Part shown: positions 37,457 to 45,687 of the stretch, in pieces
How positions within the stretch are numbered: the first letter of the stretch is position 1
How the letters are laid out: the number at the start of each line of letters is the position of its first letter
Assembly: GCA_964448245.1 (NCBI GenBank)
Contig: CAYUWF010000003.1
Location: forward strand, 6,214-53,166
Direction: 5' to 3'
Length of the DNA: 46,953 nt
DNA from: an uncultured Anaerolineaceae bacterium
GTDB lineage: Bacteria; Chloroflexota; Anaerolineae; Anaerolineales; E44-bin32
Program-made: the position numbers and the translations under genes
The notes under the pieces: model-generated
The model's database searches: none
Seen by the model: only the letters and a program-made list of their open reading frames with translations
Told to the model about the DNA's origin: nothing

Positions 37457-40400
37457 GGGTTCACCGCCATCCGGTAGGTTCCGCCATGGACGAACTCCAG
37501 GGCTCGAACGGCCGCCAACTGCTGGAGGGTCGCTGTGTCGGTGGGGTCGAGTTCTGCCGCGCGTTCAAGCATGCGTTCCGCCTCGCCGTAGGCCTTGAGC
37601 GCCTTGAAGACGTGAGCGGCGCGTCGGAAGGCCTCGGGGGCGCGCGGGTGGGCCTCGGCCGAGCGGCAATAGGCATCGAGGGCGTGGTCCAGCTCGCGCC
37701 GGGCCTCGTAGACCTGGCCGAGCTCGAGCGCCAGATCGGCCTCGAGAGGATTGAGTGTTTCAGCCTGCCGCAGCAGGTCGAGGGCGCGGTCAAGTTGACC
37801 CGATTTGCGCTCGACACGAGCCAGGCGGACATGCAGCGCGGCCGAACGCGGCGTCAGCCGCAGGGCCGCTTCCAGGGCCTGGCCGGCGGCCGGGAACCCC
37901 TCCGTCGCCTCGAGCGCCTCGGCCAGGGAGCGCCACGCGCCGTCGTCATCGGGATCCGTTGCCAGGTGGGCCCGCAATTCCTCCGCGGCCAGCCCGGCTC
38001 GACCAATTTCAATGAGCAGGCGAGTGCGAGTCTCCCGCAAGGCCGCGGGATCCTTGGCCACTGCCGCCGCGCGGTCGAGCAGCGCCAGAGCCTGGTCCGG
38101 CTCTCCCTGTTTGGCGGCGGCGGCCGCCAGGCAATGCAGGGCATCCGGCCGGTCGCCACCAAGACGGAGGGCACTCTCGGCCCAACGCCGCGCCTCGCGC
38201 ATCTTGCCGGCCGCCAAGGCCGCCTGTGCCTGGCCGACGAGGTGTTCAGGCTCGGTCGGCGCGATGGAGGCGGCGCGCTCGAAGAGAGATTCCGCCTGGG
38301 TGACGTCTCCGCCGGCGAGGGCCAGCTCGCCTGCTTCGTGCCACACCTGCGCCTCTGATGGCAGCAGCGGAAGGAGGCGCTCGTACGCATGCAGCGATTC
38401 GCTCAGATGGCCGGCCTGGCGCAGGGCGCGAGCATAAGCCAGCCTCCAAGCGGTGTTCTCGGGATCGAGTTCGACCGCCGCCTGAAGATGGGGGAGGGCC
38501 GAGTCGAGGTCGGTCTGTGCCAGGTACAAATCGGCCAGGGCGGCGTGCCAAGCAGGCTCGTCCGACCATTGGGCCAGGGCGGAATTCAAAGCAGCGATGG
38601 CCGAGTCGGAGTAGCCCTGGGCCAGGTGAGCGCGGGCCAATAGAGACTGCGCGGCGGGCCGCAACCCGGCATCCTCGGCGGCGTCGACGAACGCCTGGCG
38701 CGCCAGCGATGGGTTGCCTCCATGAAGGTGGGCTACGCCGGCAAGGAGAGCCTGCCAGCTGGCACCGAGATCGTCGGGTTGGCACTGGCGCAGGACGTCC
38801 AGCGCGTCGAACGGGCGCCGGCAGCGGAGATGGGCGATAGCCAACGCTTCGAGCGGCCCGTTGACCGCCGGGTCGTCCGTCGAGGTCGATTGGAGCCCCT
38901 GCATGGCTTCTTCATCCTCGGGCGATCGGGTGAGCCGCAGACGGTAAGCGATGGAGCGCCCGGCCTCGGCCGCGCCGAGCGGGCCGGCGAGGCAGGTCTC
39001 GAGCCAGGTGATGAGCGAGTTGGAAGGGACATCCGGCCGAGGGGCATGCCGGCGCGCAAGCGCCGCCTCGCCGAAGAGCCAGCGGGCTTCCAGGACCCGC
39101 ACGATGGTTTCCGCCAGAGCAGTCTCGCCGCGGGCATCGGTCGTCGAGAGGATCGGCGCCAGGGCCGTGAGGGCATCGTTCCAGTTGGCGAGCCGCAGCT
39201 CGGCGCGCGCCAGGGCCAACCGGTCGTCCGGCGTCGGCGAGTCCGGGCGCCGGGCCTCGACGATGGCCAGCTTGGCGGCGGCCAGATCGCCGATCGACAC
39301 GGCCGCTTCGGCGTAGAGAGCCCACGCGGCGGCGGAGATGGTGGGCAGGGAGGTCGCCTTGGTCAAGACTTCGAAAGCGCGGGCAGGCTGCTTGAGCCGC
39401 AGCCAGGCCTCGCCCAGTGCCGCAAGCGTGGGGCTGGTGGGGGCCTCGGCGGCGGCACGCGTCAGTAGGTCGACGGCCTCTTGCGCCGAGCCGTGGCGCA
39501 GCGTAGCCAGGCCGGCTTCGGCCAGCAAAGCTGCGTCGGCAGGGTGATGCCGCAGGCCTTCGGCGAACTGGTTGAGACCCGCCTCGAACTCCTCGTTGTC
39601 GACCAGCGCCCTTGCCAGGGAGCGCTGGATGCGGACATCATTGGGAGTCAGCTCGAGCGTCTTGTGCCAGGCGCCGATCGATTCAGACTGACGCCCGGCG
39701 GACCACAGCGCCGCCGCGCGGCGCGCCTGAATCTCGGCGTCCCCCGGGACGAGGCCGGCGACGTGGCTTAACGCGTCGATCGAGGTGGGGAGGTCCCCTG
39801 CGCCCTCGGCGACGTCGGCGAGTTCGATCCAAACCGAAGGTTCTTCCGGCTGCGCGGAGGCGACACCCTTGAGCAGGGTAGCGGCGCGCGTTGAGAGGCC
39901 GAGCCCGACCAGGACGTGGGCCGCCCGCCGGCGGAGAGCGAGATCACCCGGACCGGCCAGAGCTTTTTCGACGGCGCCCGCCGCCGCCGTGGATTCTCCC
40001 GCATGCAGGGAGGCTTCGGCTGCGTCGAGCCATAATCCTGCGTCCCCCTCGGCCTGCGCGGTGGCGCTGTGATAGGCCGCGGCGGCCCGCTTCCAGTCAC
40101 CTGTCTGCTGAGCAACCGCCGCCAGGACGTGGAGACCGGCGCGGTTGGCCGGATCCGCGGTGAGAAGACTTTCGGCCGTCTGGCGGGCCTCATCGATCAG
40201 CGACACCGCGAGGTAGGCTCCTGCGAGCGGTTCAAGGAACTTCGGATCCTGCCCATCGGCGGCGCGCAGGGCCTCGAAGGTGCGAATGGCGGAGAGCGTG
40301 TCGCCTGCCTGGAGCAGGCACTGTGCCCTGTGAAGCGCGGCGAACTTTGCCTGAGGCGCGTCGCGCGGCGCGGCTTGGAGGTACTCCGCGTAGCACTGAG

Positions 40401-42531
40401 CCGCTCGTTCGGCGTCTCCGGAGTCTTCGTAGGCGCGCGCCAGCCAGAAGGGAAGAGCCAGGTCGTGGGAGCCCAGCACCCGCGCGCGCAGCAATCGTCC
40501 TGCGGCGGTCCTGGCGCGCGCAGGGTCGGGCGGGACGTCGCCCATGAGCTCGAGGCGTCCGGAGATCAGCCAGGCCTCGGCCGGGGCGTTCTGCGGCAGG
40601 TGGGCGAAGAGGGTGCGGGCGGCATCGAATTCGCCCGTCGCCTCGTAGGCGGAGGCCAGGGCCATGCGCGTTTCCTGGTTCCCCGGCAGCCGACGATGTG
40701 CGTTGCGCAGGGGCTCCACGGCCTCCGCCGGACGTCCCAGGGCGAGCAACGCCGCACCAGTTTCAAGATTGGCCTGCGAATCGCGGGCATCGATCTCCAA
40801 GGCCTGGCGGGCGGATTCGAGGGCTTCGCTCGGGCGGCTTTGTACGCGGAGCCAGTGCGCGAGCGCGGCGTAGATCGGCGCGGCGCCGGGCGCCATCTGT
40901 GAGGCGCGCCTGAGCGTCTCGCCCGAGGCCTCGTCGTTTCCGAGGTCTTGATGGAGGCGGGACAGGCCGAGCCAAAGCGCCGGCTCGGATGGGTTTTCCT
41001 GTGCGGCGACCTCAAGCTGCGAGATTCCCTCGGCGCCGCGGCCTTCGGCAACCAGCACCTTTGCCCCCAGGAGGATCCGATCGAGCGACGGCACGCCGGA
41101 TGGGGATTCGAGGAGGAGAGCCTGGGCCTGTTGCGTATCGCCGAGGGCGATGGCGCAGTCGACGACTTTCTTCCACGTCGCCGGACGCGGGTCACCCGCA
41201 AGTGCCTTCAACGCGGCCAGCGCTTCCGCCGGTCGGCCAAGCCGCTGCAGCGCCTGGGCCTCGACCTCGATCGCCGAGGCGCTGGTGCTGTCGAGGGCCA
41301 GGGCCAATCGGGCCTGTGCCAGGGCGCCGTGATCGTCCCCACACTCCGCAAGCGCTTGCGCGTAGGCACAACGAGTTGACACATCCGAGGGGACCTCGGC
41401 CAGGGCGGCGCGAAACACGTCGAGCGCCAGGCCGGGCTCTCCGCACGCCACGAGGCCGAATGCGAGGGAAGGGCTGGCCTTCGGATCTCCGACCTCGAGC
41501 GCGTTGAGCGCGGACTCGATCAGGATGCCCCGGCCTTTTTCCACGGCGCCGCCTTGGAGGTATGCCGTTCCGGCGGCGAAGCCGAGAGAAGGCGTGGTCG
41601 AGGTGGGGGGCAACAAGGAGAGCGCCGCGGCGGCGTCGCCTTTCTCCACAAAGGACAGCGCAACGTTCGCCAGGCGCGCATCCGAAGGGCCGAATTGCAG
41701 GGCCTGTTGGCGTGCTTCAAGCGCGCTGACGATGTCTCCATCCTGCGCGGCGACGATGGCCAAACCGTCGGCAAGGGCTGCGAGCTCCCCTCGGCGCGTT
41801 TCCCACGCGTCCTGCAAGCGCCTGCGCAGAGTGCCCGGGGTAGGCCGACTTACAGGCGGGACGTCGGCCTTGGCGGAATCAGGCCGTCCCGCGGCGGCGG
41901 CGACGGCCGCAGCGAAGTTTGCCTCGCCGGCTTCGACCAGGCGCAGGAGAACAACATCCAAATGGGCCGCGGCGGCGGCAGCCAGGGCGCAGGCCGCTTC
42001 GTCGTCGGTGCCGTTGGCGCGCAGCGCGGCCGCCAGGGCGGCCAATGGCCGCCGGTCGCTCGACTCTGCAAGGCTGGCGGCAAGACGCTGCCGGTCGACG
42101 ACGGCCTCCCAGGCGACGGCCAGTGGCGAGCGCCAATCGACGGGGACCGCGCTTATCATTCGCTCGACGCCCTGCGCGCCCTCGTCTCGCTCGGTGCGGA
42201 GGACTTCACCTGCCAAGATCAGGACGTCGTCCGCCGAGAGGTCGTCACCGGCCGACTGGCCCGAGAGCAACGCCTCAAGTCGGGCTGCCAGCGCAGGGGG
42301 CCACACGGAGGGCAGAGAAGTCAGGCTGGTGTGGCCGGTGGCGGCGACAAGCGCGGTGGCGGCAGGGGAGTCGCCTGACCCGGCCGAACGGACAAGAGCG
42401 GCGTGCACCGGCTCTTCCTTGAGCCAGTCGAGTGCGCCCGGAACATGGAGCAGCCGCCGGAGAATGCCGGAGGTATTCTCCGCACCGATCGCGTCCTGGA
42501 GGCGGGCGAAGGCTTCGTCGAGGGTCGCCAT
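37453..42531 (-). CDS. Giant tetratricopeptide-repeat protein (1692 aa)
   Basis: A single uninterrupted ORF. Dozens of 34-residue Ala/Leu-rich units (e.g. AWLISGRLELMGD, ALAECGDDHGALAQARLALALD, GQLDRALDLLRQAETLNP). No catalytic motif seen. Confidence 0.85.
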   Translation of the reverse strand: MATLDEAFARLQDAIGAENTSGILRRLLHVPGALDWLKEEPVHAALVRSAGSGDSPAATALVAATGHTSLTSLPSVWPPALAARLEALLSGQSAGDDLSADDVLILAGEVLRTERDEGAQGVERMISAVPVDWRSPLAVAWEAVVDRQRLAASLAESSDRRPLAALAAALRANGTDDEAACALAAAAAAHLDVVLLRLVEAGEANFAAAVAAAAGRPDSAKADVPPVSRPTPGTLRRRLQDAWETRRGELAALADGLAIVAAQDGDIVSALEARQQALQFGPSDARLANVALSFVEKGDAAAALSLLPPTSTTPSLGFAAGTAYLQGGAVEKGRGILIESALNALEVGDPKASPSLAFGLVACGEPGLALDVFRAALAEVPSDVSTRCAYAQALAECGDDHGALAQARLALALDSTSASAIEVEAQALQRLGRPAEALAALKALAGDPRPATWKKVVDCAIALGDTQQAQALLLESPSGVPSLDRILLGAKVLVAEGRGAEGISQLEVAAQENPSEPALWLGLSRLHQDLGNDEASGETLRRASQMAPGAAPIYAALAHWLRVQSRPSEALESARQALEIDARDSQANLETGAALLALGRPAEAVEPLRNAHRRLPGNQETRMALASAYEATGEFDAARTLFAHLPQNAPAEAWLISGRLELMGDVPPDPARARTAAGRLLRARVLGSHDLALPFWLARAYEDSGDAERAAQCYAEYLQAAPRDAPQAKFAALHRAQCLLQAGDTLSAIRTFEALRAADGQDPKFLEPLAGAYLAVSLIDEARQTAESLLTADPANRAGLHVLAAVAQQTGDWKRAAAAYHSATAQAEGDAGLWLDAAEASLHAGESTAAAGAVEKALAGPGDLALRRRAAHVLVGLGLSTRAATLLKGVASAQPEEPSVWIELADVAEGAGDLPTSIDALSHVAGLVPGDAEIQARRAAALWSAGRQSESIGAWHKTLELTPNDVRIQRSLARALVDNEEFEAGLNQFAEGLRHHPADAALLAEAGLATLRHGSAQEAVDLLTRAAAEAPTSPTLAALGEAWLRLKQPARAFEVLTKATSLPTISAAAWALYAEAAVSIGDLAAAKLAIVEARRPDSPTPDDRLALARAELRLANWNDALTALAPILSTTDARGETALAETIVRVLEARWLFGEAALARRHAPRPDVPSNSLITWLETCLAGPLGAAEAGRSIAYRLRLTRSPEDEEAMQGLQSTSTDDPAVNGPLEALAIAHLRCRRPFDALDVLRQCQPDDLGASWQALLAGVAHLHGGNPSLARQAFVDAAEDAGLRPAAQSLLARAHLAQGYSDSAIAALNSALAQWSDEPAWHAALADLYLAQTDLDSALPHLQAAVELDPENTAWRLAYARALRQAGHLSESLHAYERLLPLLPSEAQVWHEAGELALAGGDVTQAESLFERAASIAPTEPEHLVGQAQAALAAGKMREARRWAESALRLGGDRPDALHCLAAAAAKQGEPDQALALLDRAAAVAKDPAALRETRTRLLIEIGRAGLAAEELRAHLATDPDDDGAWRSLAEALEATEGFPAAGQALEAALRLTPRSAALHVRLARVERKSGQLDRALDLLRQAETLNPLEADLALELGQVYEARRELDHALDAYCRSAEAHPRAPEAFRRAAHVFKALKAYGEAERMLERAAELDPTDTATLQQLAAVRALEFVHGGTYRMAVNP

Positions 42532-42543
42532 GAGACCGTCCTG

Positions 42544-42879
42544 CTAGACCGTCGCCCACTCGACCTGCGTCAGGATCCAGTACGAGGCCCCGATCATCAT
42601 CAGGCCGAGCGTGATCAGGAAGACGCCCGTGCCGTTCGTGGTGCGGACGAGGTCGTTGAGCGAAGCCACCAGCGCTGAGGCGCTGCTGACCAGGCCGGTG
42701 ACCTCTTCCGCCAGCCCCTTCTGAGCGAGGCGGGCGGTGTGGGCCGCCAGCATCTTGACCTCGGCCGAGTTGCCCCGCCCGATGAGGACGAAGGCCCCGA
42801 GCAGGATGCACATGCAGCCCAGGATGAACACGGCCACGGAGATCACAATCTGAAAATCGCTGAGGTTCAGGGGAATCAT
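42544..42879 (-). CDS. Small 2-TM membrane protein (111 aa), first gene of the TPR/peptidase operon
   Basis: ATG at 42879 with GGGAGG upstream. TM1 FQIVISVAVFILGCMCILLGAFVLI. Amphipathic loop. TM2 GVFLITLGLMMIGASYWIL. 12 nt upstream of the TPR gene. Confidence 0.7.
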   Translation of the reverse strand: MIPLNLSDFQIVISVAVFILGCMCILLGAFVLIGRGNSAEVKMLAAHTARLAQKGLAEEVTGLVSSASALVASLNDLVRTTNGTGVFLITLGLMMIGASYWILTQVEWATV

Positions 42880-42899
42880 CTTTGCCTCCCGGTCGAGCG

Positions 42900-43271
42900 T
42901 CAGGAGGCGGTGATGCAAGGCCCGTGCCAGGCCGGGCTTGCGGCGAGGTTACGGGCCGAGATCCGTGTGGCCCCGACGTCGCCGTAGGGCGAGGTCTCGT
43001 CCCAGAGGTGGTGCGTCATCGTGCCGTCGATGCCCTGTGCCACGCGGCGGCCATCGGCATTGTAGGAATACACGACGGTCGTGCCGTCGGGCAGGCCGAC
43101 GCCGCCCAGGCGATCCCGGGCGTCCCATGAGTATGCTGTGACGTCGGCTCCGTCGGTAGCCTGGGTGAGGTTCCCGCGCGGATCGTAGGCGAAGGATGTC
43201 CCGCCTGCCGTGAGCAGCTGATCGAGCTCGTTGTAGGCGTAGCTCGTGGTCGCGCCGTCGACGGTCTCCAT
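42900..43271 (-). pseudogene. Truncated Rhs/YD-repeat remnant (terminal orphan fragment, no toxin domain)
   Basis: METVDGATTSYAYNELDQLL...AYDPRGNLTQ...YSWDARDRL...YSYNADGRRV...HLWDETSPYGDV parallels the other two Rhs copies. Homology stops near 42978 and the frame then reads non-Rhs sequence to a stop at 42900. Confidence 0.65.
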
Positions 43272-43358
43272 GGCACCGGCGGTGATCGAGCCCCGATTGG
43301 AGGGCTTCAGGTTTCCGCTCTGCTTAGTCGATGTGAGCTGGGTCCCAGAGTCAGGAAG

Positions 43359-43739
43359 CTAGTGGCGGGCCACGAATACGCGTATCTCTTCCAGTGTGGT
43401 TGCTGGATTGAGCTCCAGGGTCTCATACGAGTTTGCTGGAAAGAGGAACAGCCTGTGCCTATCCGGGATCACTTTCCGATGCCACAGGAAGAAGTCCTCC
43501 ACGGGCATGTCCAGCCAGACTACTTGGGCGTTGGGTTGAAGCCCTCCATATACTCTTCCCCCATCGGGGACTGCGAGACCCCAAGCCAGAATAGCGGTAG
43601 GCTTCGGGCTGTAGAACTCGATGTCGGGCCAGTCCTTTGTCAGCAGGTCACGATACCTAGATGGGTCGATAACGAGGTCGCTTTTTGCAGTCTGCCAGTC
43701 TCTGGGACTGTACGGAGTCACGAAGTATGGCCTGGTCAA
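43359..43739 (-). CDS. Candidate immunity protein for the orphan PD-(D/E)xK toxin cassette (126 aa)
   Basis: Starts 21 nt downstream of the toxin stop, on the same strand, in lower-GC sequence. Assigned by position only; no family recognised. Confidence 0.55.
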   Translation of the reverse strand: MTRPYFVTPYSPRDWQTAKSDLVIDPSRYRDLLTKDWPDIEFYSPKPTAILAWGLAVPDGGRVYGGLQPNAQVVWLDMPVEDFFLWHRKVIPDRHRLFLFPANSYETLELNPATTLEEIRVFVARH

Positions 43740-43760
43740 TTCAAGTTCCTCCCTTGATTC

Positions 43761-45335
43761 TCAAGGCACGAGTTGGATCACGCCCATTGACCCAGGGGTG
43801 AAGCCTGCCTGTACAAGCATCTGCTCAAAGAATAGAGCTGCCTCGGCCGTGGTTGTGCGAACGATCAGCCCGGCCGGTTGGGCCCCGGGAATGCCACTCG
43901 ACGTGATAAGGGCTAGTCGATACCTGCTCAGCTCGTCGATCTGCTGGGCAACGAGAAAGGGCGGGGGATTGTCTAGCCTGTACATAGTGTTGTCCCCCGC
44001 ATGTTTCGCTTCAACCAGGCGGCAAGAGGCCGGAGCAATACCGTCGGCATCGATGGTGTCTGCAGGGATCGGAATGGTCTTCGCAAATATGCCATACAGG
44101 CCGTTTGCACGAGCCACCCTTGCTCATACTCGTAGTTCGGGTTGCCGGGACGGTAAGATGCACGTACGTTTGGAAGGCTCTCCCACCATGCCGCAAACGC
44201 CACTGGGTCACAGCTGTCAGTCTCGTTCCTGTCGCGCTGATCCGGTCTGGGCTCTCCAGGCAGAAGTTGCGTTAGTGTAAGCATAAGGATTGCCTCCGCG
44301 ACTCTCCTGATCTTTCGGAATACCTCTCCCTTGCGGTTCAGCTCATCCAGGAGATCGCGGATTTCGTCAAGGGGATCTCTGCCGTCAGGTGATGGTGACG
44401 GCAATGGGGGGTATGAGGGGGCAAGATCTGGAAGGACGCCGACTTGGGCCATCATGAGGAGCACATAACTTGCAGCGAGGGCTCCGCCGGCCAAGATGGC
44501 CAAGTCAGTGAGCCCCCTAGCCGCCTGGAGTCCTACCATCGCTGTTGTCAGGGCATAGCTCTTGAAGCTCTGGGCTCCCAGTGGATCAAATTGGTTGACC
44601 GGATTGTCTGTCGCGTACACATAGCGGTTAACCTCGACCGGATTGAAGGCCTGCACCTCCATCGGATCCCGCGAGAGGAACCTACCGAGCGCCGGGTCGT
44701 AATATCGGGCCCGCAGACTATACAGTCCTGTCGGGGCGTCGAACTGCTGGCCGGTGTAGAGATAGGGATTCGTCGTGGATCCCGTGCTGGCGAAGAGGCC
44801 TCCGAAAGCGGTGTAGTCGTAGGTGTCGGTGACTACGCCGCCGCTATTGGTGAGCGCGCGGGCACTGCCCTGGGCGTCACCGAGGTAGTAGCTGGTCGAA
44901 CCCGCTCGCCTCTGCGAGAGGAGCTCGCCTCCGCCGAGCACGTAGCTTGCGAGCGGTGCGCCGCCCGCGTCGGTTTCGAGCACAACGTCGCCGTAGAGCG
45001 AGGCCTCGTCCCAGAGGTAGTTCGTATCGACTCCGTCCACAGCCTGGCGCACGCGTCGACCGTCGGCGTCGTAGGTGTAACCCAGCGCGGTTCCATCAGG
45101 AAGGGTGGCGCCACTCAGTCGATCCAAGGCATCCCAGGAGTAAGCAGTGACGTCGCCGCTGGTTGAGGTCTGGGTGAGGTTCCCGCGCGGATCGTAGGCG
45201 AGGCTCGAACTGCCGGAGCTGAGCAGCTGGTCCAATTCATTGTAGGCGTAGGTGGTCATTGCGCCGTCGACGGTCATGCTGAGCCGCTTGCCGACGGGGT
45301 CGTAGGGAAGGCAAGGTCCGTTCCATCCTGCAGGT
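43761..45335 (-). pseudogene. Orphan Rhs C-terminal cassette: YD repeats + DPxGL core end + frameshifted restriction-endonuclease-fold (PD-(D/E)xK) toxin domain
   Basis: YD repeats (YDPVGKRLSMTVDG...YTYDADGRRV...), LYTGQQFD, RARYYDPALGRFLSRDP, NRYVYATDNPVNQFDPLGA. The toxin part switches frame near 44115-44122 from ORF 43973..45277 to ORF 43761..44117, which carries IDADG...CRLVEAKH. No credible start or RBS: YD homology continues upstream of the internal Met, with a further frameshift and a stop. Confidence 0.7.
44931..45118 (-). repeat. Rhs recombination tract, orphan-cassette copy (identical to 46766-46953 except one A/G)
   Basis: Base-by-base comparison at offset 1835: 182 consecutive identical nt (44931-45112), one mismatch (45113 A vs 46948 G), then a match to the window edge. 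Confidence 0.85.
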
Positions 45336-45377
45336 GGACCATCCCGAGGGGACCTACCAGCACATTGCCGCGGCTAC

Positions 45378-45671
45378 CTATGACCGCTTTCGAGGTACGC
45401 TGATCGCAGCGATAATCGCCGCCTCGGAAGGTATATCGCTCTTCCAGTCAACTTTCATCAGGGAATCTCGAGCCGCGTCTTCTAGAGCTACCACAACCCG
45501 CGTGAGGGCGGCATTTCCGACCCGGTAGGACACCTCTCGGAGCGTGGCAAAAGTGACCCGCAGATTCTCGAGAGCCTCCATGTCCTGCCCCGTCCGCGAG
45601 CCAATCAGATGGTCTCTTAGACCGAAGAGAATCCCGGCGAAATCAGTCTCTGTTTCTCCTTGTTCGGTCAT
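45378..45671 (-). CDS. Candidate immunity protein for the main Rhs toxin (97 aa)
   Basis: Starts 16 nt after the Rhs stop with GGACGGAG upstream. Helical, acidic, lower-GC sequence. Assigned by position only. Confidence 0.55.
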   Translation of the reverse strand: MTEQGETETDFAGILFGLRDHLIGSRTGQDMEALENLRVTFATLREVSYRVGNAALTRVVVALEDAARDSLMKVDWKSDIPSEAAIIAAISVPRKRS

Positions 45672-45687
45672 GATCTCCGTCCTCTAC

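Noticed and set aside
37282-42547. Numerous 60-360-aa ORFs in other frames or on the other strand of the giant TPR gene
   Set aside because: All are embedded in one uninterrupted 1692-codon ORF with regular TPR periodicity. They have Arg/Pro/Gly-rich artefact composition.
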